The notes beneath the pieces were generated by a model, which made no database searches, had not been told where the DNA came from, and was given only the letters and a program-made list of their open reading frames with translations. The position numbers and the translations under genes were made by a program. A stretch of DNA of 26,709 nt from a virus (taxonomy: Duplodnaviria > Caudoviricetes), in the IMG/VR virus record IMGVR_UViG_3300032247_000246, positions 1-26,709 of that record; one strand, given 5' to 3'. Shown one piece after another: positions 24,358 through 26,709 of this stretch (positions are counted from its first letter, which is position 1; every line of letters begins with the position of its first letter).

Positions 24358-26085
24358 ATGGCATTTCAATTATCTCCAGGTGTAAATGTTTCTGAAATCG
24401 ACTTAACCACAGTTGTCCCTTCAGTATCAACTACAGCCGGTGCATTTGCTGGAGACTTCACATGGGGTCCAGCATCGAAAGTAAAACTCGTGACGCACGA
24501 GACAGAATTAGTTAGTTTTTTTGGTGAACCATCAGCAAACGCTCAACAGGGCAACACTGTTACATCATTCTTTACAGCAGCCAGTTTCTTGGCATACGGT
24601 AACAATCTCCAAGTTGTTCGTGCAGTAAATTCTAATTCTAAAAATGCCGCTGCTAATACAAACACGGCAGTTGGATATCAGTTAAAGAATGAAGATTCGT
24701 ATGACAATATTGTCATCAACGATACAGCAAATGTTAACACTGCAATGTTTATTGCTCGTTATCCTGGTGATATTGGCAACTCATTAAAAGTTTCTATGTG
24801 TGCTGCCAACACTGCTGGTCCTAATACTTCAGCATTCCTTGCATGGGGATATAACAATTTATTCTCTGCTGCGCCAAACACTTCACCATATGCAGTAAAA
24901 GTTAATGGTTTAAATGATCAAGTTCATTTAGTCGTTATCGACGAAGATGGTCTACTCTCTGGCGAGAAAAATACAGTTCTAGAAACATTTGGTTTCTTAT
25001 CTCTAGCCGCAGATGCGACAAATGATGACGGATCTTCTGCTTATATTTCTAATGTTATCAGACAAAAATCTAAGTATTTGTATATTGGCAACACATCATT
25101 AATTTCTGCAAACGGTGGTCAGTTGGCATCATCGACTAATTTCGGTTCGACTGGAGTAGCAGGAGTAAGAAATTTCTCGTTTGTTGGCGGTACATATGAG
25201 GCTGCAACTGATGCAAATCTAAGTTCTTCGGTTGATCTATTTGCAAATGCAGATGAGGTTGATGTTTCATTATTCGTTTCGGGTGATGTATCAACTACTG
25301 TTCAGAAACGTATTATCGATACAGCAATCTCTCGTAAAGATTGTGTTGCATTTGTTTCTCCACCTAAATCATCGGTTGTTAACAACTCTGGATCTGAGAC
25401 AAGTTCAATCGACGCATGGTTCAAATCACTTGCTGTTACAACATCTTATGCTGTTGCGGATTCTGGTTGGAAATACATGTTTGACAAGTATAACAACACG
25501 TATCGTTGGATTCCTCTAAACGGCGACATTGCTGGTCTATGTGTTCGTACAGATGAGACAAGAGATCCATGGTTCTCACCTGCAGGTTATTCACGCGGCG
25601 GCATCAAGAACGTTGTTAAACTTGCTTGGAATCCAAACAAGGCTCAACGTGATGTTCTGTATCAGTCTGCTGTTAATCCAGTTATCTCTGTCGCAGGTCA
25701 AGGTACACTGTTGTTTGGCGACAAAACTTTGACACTACAACCTTCTGCATTCAATAGAATCAATGTTCGTAGATTGTTCATTGTTCTAGAGAAAGCAATT
25801 GCAACTGCATCTAAGTATTCATTGTTTGAACTAAATGATGAGTTCACTAGGGCGCAGTTTGTTGGACTGATTGAGCCATTCCTACGTGACGTTAAAGGTC
25901 GCCGCGGTATCTATGACTATCGTGTAGTGTGTGATCAAACAAATAACACGGCACAAGTTATCGACAACAACCAATTCGTTGGAGATATCTACATCAAACC
26001 AGCACGTTCGATTAACTATATTCAGTTGAACTTCGTTGCTGTTAGAACTGGTGTTAACTTCTCCGAGATCGTTGGTGGTGTCTAA
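24358..26085 (+). CDS. gp18: Tail sheath protein gp18
   Basis: MAFQLSPGVNVSEIDLT, F.WGP, FL.YGN.L.VVR, PWFSPAG..RG.IKN..KLA, FGDKT, RINVRRLF, IKPARSINYI.LNFVA. Confidence 0.97.
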   Translation: MAFQLSPGVNVSEIDLTTVVPSVSTTAGAFAGDFTWGPASKVKLVTHETELVSFFGEPSANAQQGNTVTSFFTAASFLAYGNNLQVVRAVNSNSKNAAANTNTAVGYQLKNEDSYDNIVINDTANVNTAMFIARYPGDIGNSLKVSMCAANTAGPNTSAFLAWGYNNLFSAAPNTSPYAVKVNGLNDQVHLVVIDEDGLLSGEKNTVLETFGFLSLAADATNDDGSSAYISNVIRQKSKYLYIGNTSLISANGGQLASSTNFGSTGVAGVRNFSFVGGTYEAATDANLSSSVDLFANADEVDVSLFVSGDVSTTVQKRIIDTAISRKDCVAFVSPPKSSVVNNSGSETSSIDAWFKSLAVTTSYAVADSGWKYMFDKYNNTYRWIPLNGDIAGLCVRTDETRDPWFSPAGYSRGGIKNVVKLAWNPNKAQRDVLYQSAVNPVISVAGQGTLLFGDKTLTLQPSAFNRINVRRLFIVLEKAIATASKYSLFELNDEFTRAQFVGLIEPFLRDVKGRRGIYDYRVVCDQTNNTAQVIDNNQFVGDIYIKPARSINYIQLNFVAVRTGVNFSEIVGGV

Positions 26086-26091
26086 TAAATA
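26084..26091 (+). promoter_or_regulatory. Putative T4-type late promoter (AATAAATA) for g19
   Basis: NATAAATA box overlapping the g18 stop codon; AGGAG RBS before the ATG at 26114. Confidence 0.65.
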
Positions 26092-26113
26092 TAAAAAGAT
26101 ATAGGAGAAAAAC

Positions 26114-26656
26114 ATGGCTTTTAACGTAGGGGAATTTAGGGCGAATCTGATTGGAGATGGTGCTCGCCCTAACCTGTTCCAAGTTACAATGAATCTTCCA
26201 ACATATACTTCAGACGCTGCAACGACTAGTCAGGCATTAACTTTCTTGGCTAAGTCGGCACAACTTCCTGGTTCAACTGTTGGTACTGTTCCATTGTTTT
26301 ACTTTGGTCGTGAATTAAAGTTTGCTGGCAATAGAAACTTTGCTGATTGGACGGTGCAGATCATCAACGATGAGAACTTCAAGATCCGTAAAGGTTTTGA
26401 GACTTGGATGAATGCAATCAATTCGCATACATCAAACTTGAGAAATGGTGCAGCAGTGTCTCCAACTGGTTACTCTGCTGATGCTAAAGTTGATCAGTAC
26501 AATAAAGTTGGTGGTATTATCAAGTCGTATAAATTTGTTGGTGCTTTTCCTGTTGACATCTCGCCGATTGATCTAGATTGGGGTTCGAACGATTCTATCG
26601 AAGAATTCTCAGTGACTCTAGCATATCAGTGGTGGGAATCAGACACAACAAATTAA
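26114..26656 (+). CDS. gp19: Tail tube protein gp19
   Basis: GARPNLFQV, AQLPGS, GRELKFAGNRNF.DW...IINDE.F.IR..FE.W, FP..ISPIDLDW, IEEF.VT..YQWW. Confidence 0.96.
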   Translation: MAFNVGEFRANLIGDGARPNLFQVTMNLPTYTSDAATTSQALTFLAKSAQLPGSTVGTVPLFYFGRELKFAGNRNFADWTVQIINDENFKIRKGFETWMNAINSHTSNLRNGAAVSPTGYSADAKVDQYNKVGGIIKSYKFVGAFPVDISPIDLDWGSNDSIEEFSVTLAYQWWESDTTN

Positions 26657-26662
26657 TTTTGA

Positions 26663-26693
26663 TGGGAGACATTACGGTGTCTCCCAATTCTTT
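26663..26693 (+). terminator. Putative intrinsic terminator or stabilising hairpin after g19
   Basis: TGGGAGACAT-TACG-GTGTCTCCCA (26663-26686): 9 Watson-Crick pairs plus a U.G closing pair around a UACG tetraloop, followed by ATTCTTT (weak U tract). Confidence 0.7.
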
Positions 26694-26700
26694 GTATATG

Positions 26701-26706
26701 AAGGAG
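26701..26706 (+). promoter_or_regulatory. RBS of the next gene outside the window (portal gp20 expected from synteny)
   Basis: AAGGAG at the window end; g20 follows g19 in T4-like phages. Confidence 0.5.
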
Positions 26707-26709
26707 TAA

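Larger units (their letters stand above)
1..26709 (+). other. T4-like myophage genome segment: adhesin/tail-fibre island followed by the g13-g19 late gene block
   Basis: Syntenic gp13-14-15-16-17-18-19 homologues recognisable by motifs; dense single-strand coding; T4-type late promoter boxes. Confidence 0.95.

Noticed and set aside
539-26115. Remaining short alternative-frame and antisense ORFs in the track
   Set aside because: Nested in or overlapping well-supported genes, with no recognisable motifs or translation signals
1-26709. Diversity-generating retroelement, suggested by the Mtd-N-like domain and repeated adhesin sequences
   Set aside because: No reverse transcriptase in the window, and no ~100-bp repeat pair differing only at adenines; repeat differences involve all bases and indels. 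A DGR elsewhere in the genome cannot be excluded

Overview
This window is a segment of a T4-like (Tevenvirinae/cyanomyovirus-style) myophage genome, with all credible genes on the + strand. The right part (17094-26656) is the conserved late structural and packaging block: neck gp13 and gp14, tail terminator gp15, terminase gp16 and gp17, tail sheath gp18 and tail tube gp19. A two-gene fibre + lectin insertion sits between g15 and g16. The left ~17 kb is a large adhesin/tail-fibre island. It holds three paralogous multi-LamG (ConA-like lectin) proteins with a fixed linker scaffold and divergent lectin slots, a glycine-rich adhesin with an internal duplication around an Fn3 domain, a 1032-aa virion protein, and several short fibre/adaptor genes. 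Five NATAAATA late-promoter boxes lie directly at or after stop codons, and a hairpin follows g19. The most interesting signals point to a modular receptor-binding system: (i) LamG cassettes that appear to be reshuffled through linkers conserved at the DNA level, and (ii) two unrelated fibres ending in the same ~100-aa C-terminal domain, each immediately followed by a different adhesin starting with a similar MSG..M.A peptide (a putative socket-and-plug pairing). All family assignments come from motif recognition by eye; no searches were run.
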